Positions 38,688-52,370 of a DNA stretch of 64,000 bases are shown piece by piece; within the stretch, counting starts at the first letter, position 1, and each line of letters begins with the position of its first letter. The position numbers and the translations under genes were made by a program. The DNA comes from Octopus bimaculoides. Lineage: Eukaryota. The stretch covers positions 33,534,063-33,598,062 of the forward strand of contig NC_068990.1 in the NCBI RefSeq assembly GCF_001194135.2, read 5' to 3'. The notes below the pieces were generated by a model. The model had not been told where the DNA came from, searched no databases, and was given only the letters and a program-made list of their open reading frames with translations.

Positions 38688-39070
38688 TCATCATCGTTTA
38701 GCATCCGTTTTCCATGCTGGCATGGGGTGGACGGTTTGACTGAGGACTGGCAAGCCAGGAGGTTGCACCAGGCTCCAATCTGATCTGGCAATGTTTCTAC
38801 AGCTGGATGCCCTTCCTAATGCCAACCACTCCGAGAGTGTAGTGGGTGCTTTTTATGTGCCTCCAGCATGGGAGCCAGTCAGGTGGCACTAGCAACAACT
38901 ACGCTTGAATGGTGTTTTTTACATGCTACCGGCACAGGAGTGGGGGGGCTACCGGCACAGAAGTTGGGGTGTGGTGGCATCGACCACATTTGGATGGTGT
39001 TTTTTACATGCCACTGGCATGGGAAGCCAGTCAGGTGACACTGGAAGCGACCCACGCATGAATGGTGCTT
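38688..39070 (-). mobile_element. Family E element with module array
   Basis: atcatcatcgtttagcatccgttttccatgctggcatggg...ctggatgcccttcctaatgccaaccactcc, followed by gccagtcaggtggcactagc modules. Confidence 0.8.
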
Positions 39071-39621
39071 ATCTATATATTTGTTCATTAGTTTTGAAAT
39101 TGTTTTCCCATGCTAATATGAGTTGGACCAATGCTTATTAAGGCTTTGTTTATGTCTTACAGGCATATGCCCACGTTTTTCAAGTAAGAGAGTTTCAATC
39201 TTCAAGTATAGAGATCCTGATATTCATTGCTGACAATGAATATCAACTTGAAGTCATCATTTGTTTTTTTTATTTAATACTTTCATGTGAGAACACAAAG
39301 TATGTACCTGACATACAGAGGTGTACATACGCACACTCAGACGTGCACATGGAACAATAGATTAGCTGTACCTAGTGCTACTACATATAAAAAAAGGGAG
39401 AGAACTTAATATAGTTTTCTTTTGTTTTTAGAGTGAAATTTTTTATTTGTGAGAATTGGAAGACCCAATATTTCACAGTGGCTAATATTTTCATCCTTGT
39501 ATAGGAACTTTCAGACAGATAAACTGTAAAAGAATGGAGTAAATATAAACTAGAAATAACAAAGAAGCCAACATAAAGCCCCACAAGCTGTGTCTGGTCT
39601 GTGGCAGTTTTTAGTCTGGTT

Positions 39622-40085
39622 AAGGTAGGGAGAGCTGGCAGAAACGTTAGCATGCCGGGTGAGATGCTTAGCGGTATTTCGTATGCCTTTACGTTCGGAG
39701 TTTAAATTCTGCCAAGGTCGATTTTGCTTTTCATCCTTTCGGGGTCGATTTTGCTTTTCATCCTTTCGGGGTCGATAAATTAAGTACCAGTTGCATACTG
39801 AGTTGATATAATTGACTTAATCTCTTTGTTCATCCTTGTTTGTCCCCTCTATGTTTAGCCCCTTGTGGGCAATAAAGAAATAAGAAACATTAGCATGCCG
39901 GGCGAAATGCTTAGTGGTATTTCGTCTGTCACTATGTTCTGAGTTCAAATTCCATCTAGGTCAATTTTGCCTTTCATCCTTTTGGGGGTTGATAAATTAA
40001 GTACCAGTTGCATACTGGGGTCAATTTATTTAACTGGCCCCATCCCCCAAAATTTCGGGCCTTGTGCCGAGAGTAGAAAAGAATA
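39622..40085 (+). mobile_element. Head-to-tail dimer of family B SINEs
   Basis: Monomer 1 starts gggagagctggcagaaacg and monomer 2 starts at ~39885 (agaaacattagcatgccgggcg). A 27-bp tandem duplication lies at 39716-39769. Confidence 0.85.
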
Positions 40086-41124
40086 TTTAGTCTGGTTCCT
40101 AGATGAATTTTATAAAAATATTTTATTGCTTTAATTTTAAAAGATTTTGTAAAAAACATATCACTAGCATGAGTTGGGAGTCGGAGCCCAACTAAAGCCA
40201 TGATTAACACTGGTTCCATATAGTCAAGTCAATGCACCTAACTAAATATTTGTGTTATTTCAACAATTACAACAAAAGAAACTTGTGAATACATACACTA
40301 AAAGATGTGACCTATTTCCCTTTCACTTTGTCTATTCATGCTGAACCAAATCAAAGTTATTTTGTTTATATATTTTTTCAAACTTGCATATGTGTTCGTT
40401 TGAATGGATTATAGTGATATGAATGACATTGGGAGGTTTTGCAGCTGAAGCAATGCAAAATATCTATCAAACATTAATCTTTTTAAGGACTGTATGCATT
40501 CAGCTGAATGATTTCCATCTCTATTTGTACACTAAGCATGCTTACTTAATAGGAATGTATGTATACCCTGTGGATGAGTATTTCTCAGATCACTGCACAC
40601 TATTGTCATTCTTTTCTTTATTGTTAATAAAGTTGTTATGAATCTATATTAACTCCTTCATCCATTTGTTTTGGCTTTTAGGAGTAACTGTCTTTCTCTA
40701 GCGTGAAATGCAGTTTGAATTTAACTGTATTAGTTGTGTGTTGGACAATATTAGCAAGGTAGATTTTTGGGCTAGGGTATGTGTTTTACATGTTTGTACA
40801 TGTATGAGGGTGTGATGGGGAGATGGGAGTAGTTGTTTTGTGCATATATTAGTGTATCAGAATAATCATATCATCTTGAGTATAATTATACTCCAATCAT
40901 TGCAGTGGGTCAACGAATGACCTGTGTCACTCAAACATTTGGTTGATTTGGTGGATGTGGTTTATGAAGCTTTTATGAAATATTAGAAGCAGTACTATTG
41001 CTAATATCTTTTATCTTTTATTTGTTTCAGTCAGTGGGCTGTGGTCCTGCCGAGGTACCACTGTCAAGGGTTCTAGCCAATCTCAGAGCAGTTTTTTGAG
41101 TTCAGAAAGAGATTTCATTGCAAA

Positions 41125-41477
41125 ACGCTAGAGCACCTTCACCAGTACAATACACCAGTCAGCAATTCCATCCTGGTAACCAACAACTTAGCAGAGATGG
41201 ACATTAAAATTGTCTCTTGCCCTCTCTACAGTTCAGACCTTGCTCCCTATGACTTTTGGTTGTTCTCCAAGCTAAATGAGAAGATGAAGAGATGGAGGCT
41301 TTTACAAGGGTCCTGGATACCTTTCCTTTAGAGAACTTCCATAGAGCCTTCATGATTTGGCTGGACTGTTACAACAAGTGCATTGAAGTCATAGGTTGTT
41401 ACTTTGAAGGAGATTGAGTTTTGTACATCTTTGAAATCAATGAATACAGTTTCAAAACTTCTGGAGTACTCTTTGTA
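41125..41477 (+). mobile_element. mariner transposase 3' remnant
   Basis: HQYNTPV...LAEMDIKIVSCPLYSSDLAPYDFWLFSKL is an eroded HDNA...YSPDLAP. It is followed by YNKCIEVIGCYFEGD* and a TIR-like end. Confidence 0.85.
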
Positions 41478-44064
41478 CACTGGGTTCTTTTTACCATACT
41501 AATGCAGGCCTCTAGATTCTTAAATTACTCTTTACTCAGATTACACTGGATCTACAAACATTACTTTAAAACAGTTAAGAATTATGGTTCACTCTAAAGC
41601 CACTTAAAAGAGTGTTTAGTCATGACTATCTCTCTCTAGTAAAACCAAGTTCCACTTAATAGAACAGCTACATGATATCACATGCATAACATGTCAATCC
41701 AGCAAGATATATTATGTACGCAATATTTATTTTCTCTGTTTATTTGTTGATACTTCATCATATTCCATTCTGTGCAACTACTCTTTCTTTTATTTACACA
41801 ATCACTTTTTTCTTTAATGCCAGTTTTGTTCTTTAGCCCTAGGCTAGTCATGATCAAGAAGAACTATAATAAAGACATTCTGGCTATGACAATCTTTTTG
41901 TTTATTTAGTATACAATATATCTCTTTTTTTTTCAGATGGTAGGATGTAATTTGCAGGAGATTTGGCATCTCTTTCTCGCAACCACACAAAGCTCCCTTA
42001 TTGACAGTTCTGATTTTATTCATACAGTAACAATTTAATAAATTTATCAGAGAAGGAACATGGAAAGACTATTAGATTAGTTTGACAGGGGCATGTAATA
42101 GCCCTGTAATTCTTTATGCCTGCATATATAAATAAATGTATATACATTCATATATTGCTAGACGTATTGTGTGCCTGCTGTGTTCTGCAAGCTGTATGTG
42201 TTTATGTAATATTCCTATGAAATCAGACTTCAAAAATGATATTTAATATTTAGTGGTGTAGGAATAGCAATGGGTTATGTAGCAATTGTGTAGTTTATAT
42301 GTTGTAGGGAGGTCAAAGTTGTGACAGTGATGTGAATATACGTTTGTGTATGTGTATATATACTCATATATACACACACACACACATTCATACATATAAA
42401 TGTGTGTGTGTGCATGCATCTGTGTGTATATGTGTGTGAGTGTGTGTAAGATTTTTAGAGTGATGGTAGTAGTGTTTGTGTGTATGTGCATCTATAAGTA
42501 TCAGAAAATGTCTTTATAAGTAGAGAAATGCATATTTTATGAGTTAAAGAAGTTTCAAAAAGTTTTGACAAGTTGAGAATAAATTTGTTTCTCTAGAAAA
42601 TGAAAAGACATACAGAAACCTTACACATACAGACATGCATGCCACACAAAGCCATACATTTAAGCATACACATATACAGACCCACATACATAAACACAAA
42701 GTCATACAGATTCTAGCATATACTGAGAAGGCCAACATTCACATGAAGACCAAGTTTTCTTGTTATCATGAACAAGGAGAGCTGGGATGAATTAATCTCC
42801 TGAAAGAAATGCTTTATAAATCAGGCTTTACAAATTAGGAAATGATTGATGAATAGCAATCAAATATTTGAAAGGCAAATATTTAACAGGAATACACGAC
42901 AATGTACACTATTTATTTTCTTCTTCAATATCAGGAAGATTATTTGCAAGGATTGACTAACTCTTAAGCAACGATGATTTAGAACAAACAGAGAAATAAT
43001 GAAAAGACATGATAAAGACCCAAAGAAGAAAAGTTATACTTTATCTTGACGCGTGAAGATGTAAAATGTGTTCCATATCAAACCTAAAGAATGATGGAAT
43101 ATATGAGAAGAATATTTGACTGAAATGGCAGTTGTGTTGATAAGATATGTGGATATACTGTTCATAATTTGATTTTGTAATGGATACATCAAGGAAACTA
43201 TGGCTTGAAAGCAAAATGAATAAAAAGGAAATTATAGATGATCTTGAGAAAAGTGTTGTGATAGGAAAAACCAAGGAAATTATAGTTCAGAGAAGATGAC
43301 TCAAGAAAAACACACTTCATTTCAATAGTTTGGTCCTGTCATTTTATTCTATAGTTTACTCTAGAAAACATGACCTGATTAGAATAACAGCTTAACAATT
43401 AGCAAATTGGCAGAATCATTGATGTGTAGGACTAAATACTGTGCAGTACAAGTGCCAGTTCTGTTTTTTCGAGCTCAAATACCCACAAGTCTAACCTTGC
43501 ATTTCATCCTTGTTAGGTTAATATAATAAAGTACCAGTCTAGAACAATACAAAGGCAGAACTTTTAGAATAATAGAGGACTTGCCATGTATTTACTTGCT
43601 CTAGCTCTTTATACCCTATTTTTTAGGAGATAGACTCAAATCTGTGGTCTGGTTTAACAACACCAACTTATCTTGGGATGCTGTTAGTAGAGTTCACTTT
43701 GTTGCAAGCATTGAGTGGGGCTAGGTCTCTGGTTTGAGAATAATTTCTTCCTTTGCTTCCTCTTAGAGACCCTGTAAAGGGTCACAGGCATTGCCTTTCC
43801 CTCCTAAAACTAGGTAAAACAAAAATAAATAAAACTGAAGAAAACAATAAAAAAATATGTGAAGAAATACTCTTAACATCAGAAACAAGTGCATGAACTT
43901 AGAGAAAACTTCAGTTAGTAACCAGAATAACTAGAAATAGAAGTGAAACCTCTTTTAACTCATGCCTTATCACAACAAAAGGTAGGACAATATAATGCAA
44001 GATTTTTAAAAGTTTCTAGTTAGGGAGGAAAAGGCACTGGATCCTTTACAAGCCCACCAAAACT

Positions 44065-44444
44065 TGTGAGTGGCCTGTTTGAGCACCTCTCTCTCTTTAC
44101 TGAGGAGTGGTCATGTGTAGCTGGTTGTACCATTCCTTGATCTTAGTTTTCCCCTTGGCATTATCACCAAAGGCCTGGAGAATTTTCTGGATGGTTTGAG
44201 CTTGAGTATCACGAAGCTTTTGGCAAAATGTGATGCAATATCTCTGCTCAATGCATTCAGTGAAAACAAAAATCCAGCGATCACATGTCTGTACTGAAGG
44301 TATAACAGCCAAGAACTGACATGGCCTATCGGTGCAAAAATTTTCAATGCATGTACATGAAGGGCAGCATCACCTCCCTCCCTATCCGTGCACATTAGAT
44401 TTGGTGGGAAAAATTAAACTTGGATACTTTTTGAACACACCTCA
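44065..44444 (-). mobile_element. mariner 5' remnant (TIR plus transposase N-terminus)
   Basis: TA plus tgaggtgtgttcaaaaagtatccaa TIR. IEQRYCITFCQKLRDTQAQTIQKILQAFGDNAKGKTKIKEWYNQ matches the mariner HTH N-terminus. Confidence 0.85.
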
Positions 44445-45659
44445 TAAAAACTGATGATGCAACAGAATTTTCTAACTGAATACATCACACACTAAAAAAA
44501 TATTTAAGTTAATTGTTACCATACTTAATCCAGTTATTGTCAACAGGTTAGAAAGAAAATAAATTAGATAGTGGAAAAAAGTAATATTCGTGAATGACTA
44601 AATTTGTTCTGAGTCTTTTAGCAAAATCAGAGGCAACTCTAAACATCATTTTGTATAATTAAATCTCCTCAGACTTCACTGTGCTATTGAGTTGCTTTTA
44701 CATAACTGAATTCTACCTCTCAATTCCATGGTTTGAGTCAAGAGAAGTAAAACAGATAATATATTTGGATGTTCTTCATCTTTTGCAAAGAAATGTTACA
44801 TACAACAAATCAACATCATTATATGATTGGTACTTCATTTACAAAATTTTGATGGATAAAACACAAAAATATACTTGCAATTTTCTCTTTTGGAACTGAC
44901 TGAGAGACATGGAACTACATATACAGAGTTATAGAGTAATGATAAGTGGATAGTTCAGAACAATTCTTGAGGATTTTGAATGAAAATTCTTTGGATAGCT
45001 ATTTTATTTAGCTGAGTTTAAAGAAATGTCAATTCTCAAATTATTATGATCACATGATCTGGAAAAGCATGAAAAGAAAATCAAGAACTTTGCTTGCTTT
45101 GACGAATTCTAATAGCTCAACCACCAAATTGTTTTTAGTTCCATTACAAACAAAAAGATTGTAGTTCCACAAACACTAATCTACTTTTAAGCATTCAAAT
45201 CCACAAGCTGATACTAAATTCACCTCCATATCCATAGACTGTATTTTATAGTTCATTAACTGTAACCTGATTTTTTATTTACACTTCATTAACTTATACC
45301 TGACATTTTTCATTCATGACTCATAGCCAGAATGCTATAGTTCACTACAGTTTAGTTGTTTTTATTTTATAATTTACGAATCATAACACAATTTTTTAGT
45401 TCGCTGCCAATGTTCTGGAATATTAATTCACAACCAAAGCTTAAATTTTAGAACCTACAAAGAGAAAAAAAAAACAACTTCTGAGCACAGTGAAGTAGAT
45501 ATTTAAATACTTTTAGACATTTTTGTTTTTGTTTATTTCTTTGAAATGATTTTTACAGCAAATTTCTCCTGACTGGCAGAGATTGGTTGCTTCTCAAACA
45601 TAAACACTGTTTTTAAACAGATATTTTCATGTTAACTATGCAATAGTAAATGATATATA

Positions 45660-45965
45660 ATCACCCACAATTTCATGAGATAAAACATGCTTACGGTTTC
45701 AACAGGTAAAGCATACAGTTACCTACAGATTCATGAGATGAAATGCATAGCTACAGTTTTACCAGGTAAATTACAACTACCTGCAGAACAGTTTCATCAG
45801 GTAAATTATATAAGTAACACATGTTTTATTTGGTAAAGTGCATGGGTTATCTACAGTTTTATCACCTGAAGTATAAAGTCACCTACAGTTTTACAAGGTA
45901 AAATATATTTACTTCCAGTTTCACCAACCTAATAAGTTATAGTTTCCTACAATTCCATCAGGCAA
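45660..45965. repeat. Degenerate ~31-bp minisatellite, about 10 units
   Basis: Recurring acagtttyaycaggtaaa...ttacct. Confidence 0.7.
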
Positions 45966-46042
45966 AAAGGATTAATTGCAAAATATTTGGAAGGGTGCGA
46001 TTGCATTTGAGTATGACATTTTTTCTCTGTATTAAACTGTCT

Positions 46043-46520
46043 CTTTACTCTTTTACTCTCCTTTTACTCTTTTACTTGTTTCAGTCATTTGACTGCAGCT
46101 ATGCTGGAGCACTGCTTTAGTTGAGCAAATTGACCCCAGGATTTATTCTTTGTAAGCCTAGTCCTTATTCTATTGGTCTCTTTTGCCGAACCGCTAAGTG
46201 ACGGAGACGTAAACACACCAGCNNNNNNNNNNCTTTTGCCGAACCGCTAAGTGACGGAGACGTAAACACACCAGCATCGGTTGTCAAGCAATGTTGGGGG
46301 GACAAGCACAGACACACAAACATACACATATATATATACATACATATACATATATACGATGGGCTTCTTTCCGTTTCCGTCTACCAAATCCACTCACAAG
46401 GCTTTGGTCGGCCTGAGGCTATAGTAGAAGACACTTGCCCAAGGTGACACGCAGTGGCACTGAACCCAGAACCATGTGGTTGGTAAGCAAACTACTTACC
46501 ACACAGCCACTCCTGCGCCT
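46043..46520 (-). mobile_element. Family A SINE, young copy containing a 10-N gap
   Basis: Near-identical to 8470-8880. Its 5' end on the minus strand is aggcgcaggagtggctgtgtggtaagtag. Confidence 0.9.
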
Positions 46521-47919
46521 GTACTAAAACTCTACTAAAACCTATGGCTTAGAGTACATTTCACCCTTTAACTGTAAATTCCTTTAAATTAGCACAATTA
46601 GAGTGAGAAGGTATATTTATCTGCCCAAATTAGAAGTAAAGAACATGTTGAAATGGCCTGACTGGCAGTGATCTCTTTATTTCTCTTGTCATTCATGCAC
46701 ACATCTTACCAAACCAAGGACAGCTTCAACACCCAACAATAACTTTGTTTCAATACTTGAAGGGGTCTTTTGTTTTTGCTCTCAGCTTTAGTATTCTCTG
46801 CCATTCAGAAATCACTATTCTGTTATTCTTTCCAAATCCAAAGTCAGCCAGATAGTACATTGTGATTCTAACTCCTAATACGCAATATTCCACCTTCACT
46901 GGTTATACTATACATTGCCAACTTTGTGCCCTCATATAATTCCCAAAGTTCCTCATATTTTAGGCCCTTCCTTTTATGTACTCACTTACTGCATTATCAC
47001 CTTCCCAAGCCACCATTAACTTTAAAAACAGTGACTATTTTAGTGAACTCAGTTTATTCCATGGGATCAGAACATTTTTTTCATTATTACAACAAAGAAT
47101 GTACGTTAAATCTAAATTTAATTTACAAAACACCTGTGTCTCTCCTTCTCAGAATACATCAGTGGAATTTTATATGTATTCATATACAAATATACATAGA
47201 TAGACATACACAGATATTTATGCGCATATATACATGTATATATGCACACATATTTATTAACTAATACCGTCCCCCCACCACACACACACACACACACAAA
47301 CATAAAATCACCATTTATGGAGCTAATTTTGACCATATATGGAACAGAAATTCTATTTAACTAAAACAAGCTAACTGGATGGAAACAATTTAACTGTAGT
47401 TTTACAAGTAAATCTAAGTAGATTTAGTTGTTATCAAATAACTGGAATGTTTATGTCAGTTTTACTGTTATTGTTTATTGGTCGGCGAATACTCGGTCAG
47501 AATCTGCCATGAAACATGTCTCATATTTTATGGTAATAGAGACATGCCAGATAAAACCCCAATGTAATTTCATTTTCATGTATTACACCAAATATAGACA
47601 ACTCACTCTCTCTCTCTCTCTCTGCACACATACATATACACCTACATACATATAGCTTTACTCAGTAATAATTAAATAAGCATAAGATGTATGCAAAACT
47701 GAAGGAAAGTTTCATGTACATAGAGAAAAGTAATGTTTTCTTGACAGAGGCAATAAAATAACTTTGATCATCATCATGATCATCATCATTGAAACACTAT
47801 ATATTCACAATAAATCTAACAATTTAAAGGGGTTTAAGTTTTATCCTGATAAAGGTATGCTATACATCATTCTAATATTGCATGTGTGGTTTTATGTGCA
47901 GCAACTGGATAGTGTGACA

Positions 47920-47962
<43 letters not shown>

Positions 47963-47989
47963 TAGTCTTGTCTTGTTGAGAACATGATA

Positions 47990-48185
47990 ACCTCTCTAGG
48001 GTTGGTGCCATCATGAAATACACCCATCACACTTTATAAAGTCATTGGCATTATGAAGAGCATTCAGCTCTTAGAAGCAAAATCAAAAACTAAATGTATG
48101 ATCCGTCTAGGAGGGCAGAAACTCTGAATAAGAGCTGAGTAAGACTATGTTGATGATGATGATGATAAGGATGATGATGATGGTG
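47990..48185 (+). mobile_element. Old family E-like tail
   Basis: gtcattggcattatgaagagcattcagct, followed by a (GAT)n tail. Confidence 0.4.
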
Positions 48186-48378
48186 ATGGTGAAGTCCAAT
48201 ATTACTGTTTGTGATTGTGATTGTTGAATTGTCAGATTATATTTCATTGCAAGTTGTAAATATACAATTAAAATAAAATGAGCTGAGCCAAACACAGTCG
48301 AATTCTCAGAGCAAACAGATGTTACCTTAGTTTGTCGTCATATATTCTCAAGCCAAGTGTTACCCAAGTTTGTCCTGA

Positions 48379-48412
<34 letters not shown>

Positions 48413-48533
48413 ATGTCAATATAATACAAATATGGCTGTCAAGTTGATGCACTTTTTAAATAACATGGAGCACACTCACACTCTACTTTCATTACCGCAG
48501 TTATTGTAAAGTGATATTAGTAATTATTGTACA

Positions 48534-48572
<39 letters not shown>

Positions 48573-49117
48573 CAGCAGTAGCGTCTGCAGTGGTGATGGC
48601 AGTATTGATGCTGGCAGTGGTGGTGGTAGAGATGATTGTGAGATAGAATTTAAAAAATGGCTGTCTGGTAGTAGGGTTCAATGACTAAAGGAATGATATA
48701 ATCTAAAATAATTGAAAACCTGAAAATGATATTTTTCTATATATGCAAGTCACCCCCATTGCCTCCACGAGTCTTCCAGACTGGTCAGACTGATGCTGGC
48801 AATGTCCTATCTAAACAGATTTGGTAACATTGACTACATGTGCAAGAGAGTCTGGTCTGAATGCTGGCAACAGAAGGAACTTTGCCGTACACACTCAAAG
48901 ACCAAGGTGCAGGCAGCATGATTGCGGATAGGAAGCTCAACAAATCATCTGGGCTGAGGGGCCTCCATGCAGATTTAGTAAAAAGCATTCCTTTATAATT
49001 CTTGTTAATTTGTTACTCTAATTATCTTTTTTGCTATGAGTATGAAATTTTCATGCTAAAACATTTGTATTTTTACTTTTTCTGTTTTCCATTTTATATA
49101 AATTACAATAAGTGCAG

Positions 49118-49300
49118 GCATAGATTTGCTATTAAGAAGCTTGTTTTGCAACAATTTGGTTTCAAGCTCAGTCCCACTCCATGGTACCAAGAGCAAGTGT
49201 CTTCTACTATTGATCTAGGCTGACCAATGTCTTTGTTAGATGGAAACTCTGTGAAAGCCTGTTGTGTGTGTGTGTATGTGTATGTATGTGTGTGTGTGTG
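49118..49300 (+). mobile_element. Family A SINE head; its likely tail half is at ~50440-50705
   Basis: ttaagaagcttg...ttcaagctcagtcccactccatggtaccaagagcaagtgtcttctact...gaaactctgtgaaagcctgttg(TG)n. Confidence 0.7.
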
Positions 49301-49304
49301 TATA

Positions 49305-49970
49305 CAGGGTGCAATGGGTAAATCGCCACACAGTATAGTAGAGTCAGTTGGACACCATTTGTGATAAAAACAGCACCAGCACGCAATTCACTCTGCCAGA
49401 AATTTGAAAATGACATGCTGTACTGCTTGGCATTCACGCTGGAAGCTCCAATACAAATATCTCAGAGTGTTTAGGTGTCAATCCTAGGATAGTGTAGTGG
49501 ATTTAGAAAGAGTTGGATGAGTCTAATGGTGATTACGAATGTACAACACCTTAGAAATCACTCTGATGAGAAAAGAACTCCTGAATTTGTTGGTGAGATC
49601 CAGGCCATGATTGACAATGATCCGTTTAAGTCAATCAGGTCCATTGTCAGGGACATGAGAGTGCTTGAGTTTCTTATCAGGCAGGTAGTGCATGAAGACA
49701 TTTGGTATTCCGGATACAAGATGAGAAAGGGCTAATTTTTATCCCAAGCCATCAAGGCCATGCTATGAAGCTTTTGAACAAACTCAAGCATCCTCTCCAA
49801 CCAAACATGCTTTAGTTTTTCTCTGACGAGAAAAATTTCTGCCAGGATCAGATGGTGAATGCACAGAACAACTGTTGGCTTACCATGTCTCCAAAACATG
49901 TACTGAGAGTGATAAAAATCAAACATCCAGTCAACTTCATGGTGTTTGGAGTGATCACTAGTGATGGCGA
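49305..49970 (+). mobile_element. Tc1/mariner-superfamily remnant, maT/DD37D-like, 3'-truncated
   Basis: TA followed by cagggtg start. RTPEFVGEIQAMIDNDPFKSIRSIVRDM and FFSDEKNFCQDQMVNAQNNCWL...KHPVNFMVFGVITSDG show the FSDEK..N.QN pattern of DD37D transposases. Confidence 0.8.
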
Positions 49971-50405
49971 TTATATTAAATAAATTTACTCTTTAGTATT
50001 TCAAGATATTTTTATGTAACTTTGGTAAATATATCAGTTAAAATGAGATGTCAGTGTTATTTTCCTTTTTGTGTAATTTGGATGACAATTTATTCATCGC
50101 ACTCTTTATATATATATGTGTGTGTGTGTGTGTTAACCTCGTGGGCATCGGTACCATTTTCCTCTTTCTCCGTTTTTCCATTCTCCGAACTTTCCATCTT
50201 TCCGACGAAGGNNNNNNNNNNNNNNNNNNNNNNNNNNNNNNNNNNNNNNNNNNNNNNNNNNNNNNNNNNNNNNNNNNNNNNNNNNNNNNNNNNNNNNNNN
50301 NNNNNNNNNNNNNNNNNNNNNNNNNNNNNNNNNNNNNNNNNNNNNNNNNNNNNNNNNNNNNNNNNNNNNNNNNNNNNNNNNNNNNNNNNNNNNNNNNNNN
50401 NNNNN

Positions 50406-50437
<32 letters not shown>

Positions 50438-51409
50438 GTGTATGTGTATATATGTGTATGTATGTATATATATCTGTGTGTATGTGTGTGTCTATGTTTG
50501 TCTCCACGAACACCACCACTACCACCACTACCACCACCTGACTATTTGTTTGATTACATCCCCATAACTCAGATCTTAGCAATTTGACAAAACAGACTAA
50601 AAATACCAGACTTAAAAGAACACAAATACTGCAGTCTGTTCCACCAAAACACCGCAAGGTGATACCCCAGCATGGTCACACTCTAATGAGTGAATCAAGT
50701 AAAAAAAGATTAGAGATATGCACTGAGTGACATTTTACACAAATTCACTAATATTGCTTCTTTGGAGTTTCGTTTATTCACAGAGATTAAATGAATGAAT
50801 GAGAAAATAACACATAAATTTAGGAGCATCAGTTGACAAGTCAGCCATTTGTGGAGTCAAACTGTGCTGGTAAGAACAATTATGATATAGCAATATACTA
50901 TGGTCAATGCATGTACACTTTTCAGAATTCCTAAGTCTGAAAGGAATTCTTTGACAAGAAATAACCAGCTGAGCTTCATATATAAACCCACTAGGAGCAA
51001 GACATTTTAAGTCATGTTCTTGAATTTTACTGATCAACAAACAACCTATATTTTTTCAACCACTGTTCTAGTTTGCTAGAAATGGCAAAGGTAATGATTT
51101 CAATGTTGGATACAACATTCAAATAAAATATCTCATTAGATATGACAGTTGTCTATATTTTCTATGGTATCTCATGTTGGTATAAATGGCCCTTATCTCA
51201 ATGTCATCACTGGCCTCTCAATAGACTGAAATATCTGGATATGTGTCAATCATAGATATCTTAAATCGATGAGACCAGATCAAATGTCACTGGTGAGAGA
51301 TGTTATATGTATTAATTAATATTTCATGTTACAAAATTTAAGGATAAAAACTAGCACAATAATCTATCGAAATATGAATTATTAAAGTTTATTAATTTGA
51401 TAGAGGAGA

Positions 51410-51755
51410 AGTAATAAAGTATATTAATATACTCTAACAAGAGGTATCAAAGTATATTAATCTATTATAACATGAGATATAGTAAATTTATTTATTATAA
51501 CATGAAAATGTTAAAGTATATTAATCTAGTACAACATGAGATATTCTAGTATTTTTATTATAATGAGATACTAAATAAAGTAAATTTATTTAAGATGACA
51601 TATATTAATCTAGTATAACATGAAGTTTAATGCATATTAATCTAGAACAACATGAGATATTATAATATATTTATTTATTATAATATGAGATATTACGATA
51701 TGATATTTATTTACCATTACATGAGATATATTTTAATCTATTACAACATGAATTT
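51410..51755. repeat. Degenerate AT-rich ~30-bp minisatellite
   Basis: Recurring aagtatattaatctaktayaacatgagatat. Confidence 0.75.
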
Positions 51756-52336
51756 ATTATACAAAAGGAGTGTTTCTCAAAGCAGGTTTCTAGGAACTTC
51801 AGGTAAAGAATTTTTGCAATCAGCAAGATAATGTATCATTTAATAAAATATAATTTTAAAAAATCATTTTAATAAGCAAGCATGTTTCGCCATTTTCCAA
51901 ATAAGTTATATATTGTTGTTGGAATAAATTTTCTCTAAAACAATTTCTGTTCCACTTCATGACTTTAAAATTAAGGTGGCAGGTCTTGTTTGTAAAATAT
52001 AATAAGTATGGATTCTACAACTTTAGGAAAATAGCATAATGGGTTCCATATCAAAATAAGTTTCAAAATTGCTGTACTAGAGTAAGTACAATAATGTATT
52101 TCATATGATAAGTTACATTATTGAAATTTATCTTACCAAGAAATTTTACATAAATAAGTACAGATTATTTATGATAATAACATCACCCTCTTTTGGAAAT
52201 GTATTTTGTGAATCAGTTATGCAGAAGATAGGAACATTATTAGACTTGAAAAATAATGAACGTATGTTGTATAACAGATTCATGAATTGATGATCAAGTT
52301 GAAGAATTTAGAAAGCAGAGGAAGTAAAGAAGAGAA

Positions 52337-52370
<34 letters not shown>

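Noticed and set aside
46770-46900. Minus-strand YYLADFGFGK as a kinase DFG motif
   Set aside because: No HRD or APE context, the frame is bounded by stops, and there is no suitable splice acceptor.
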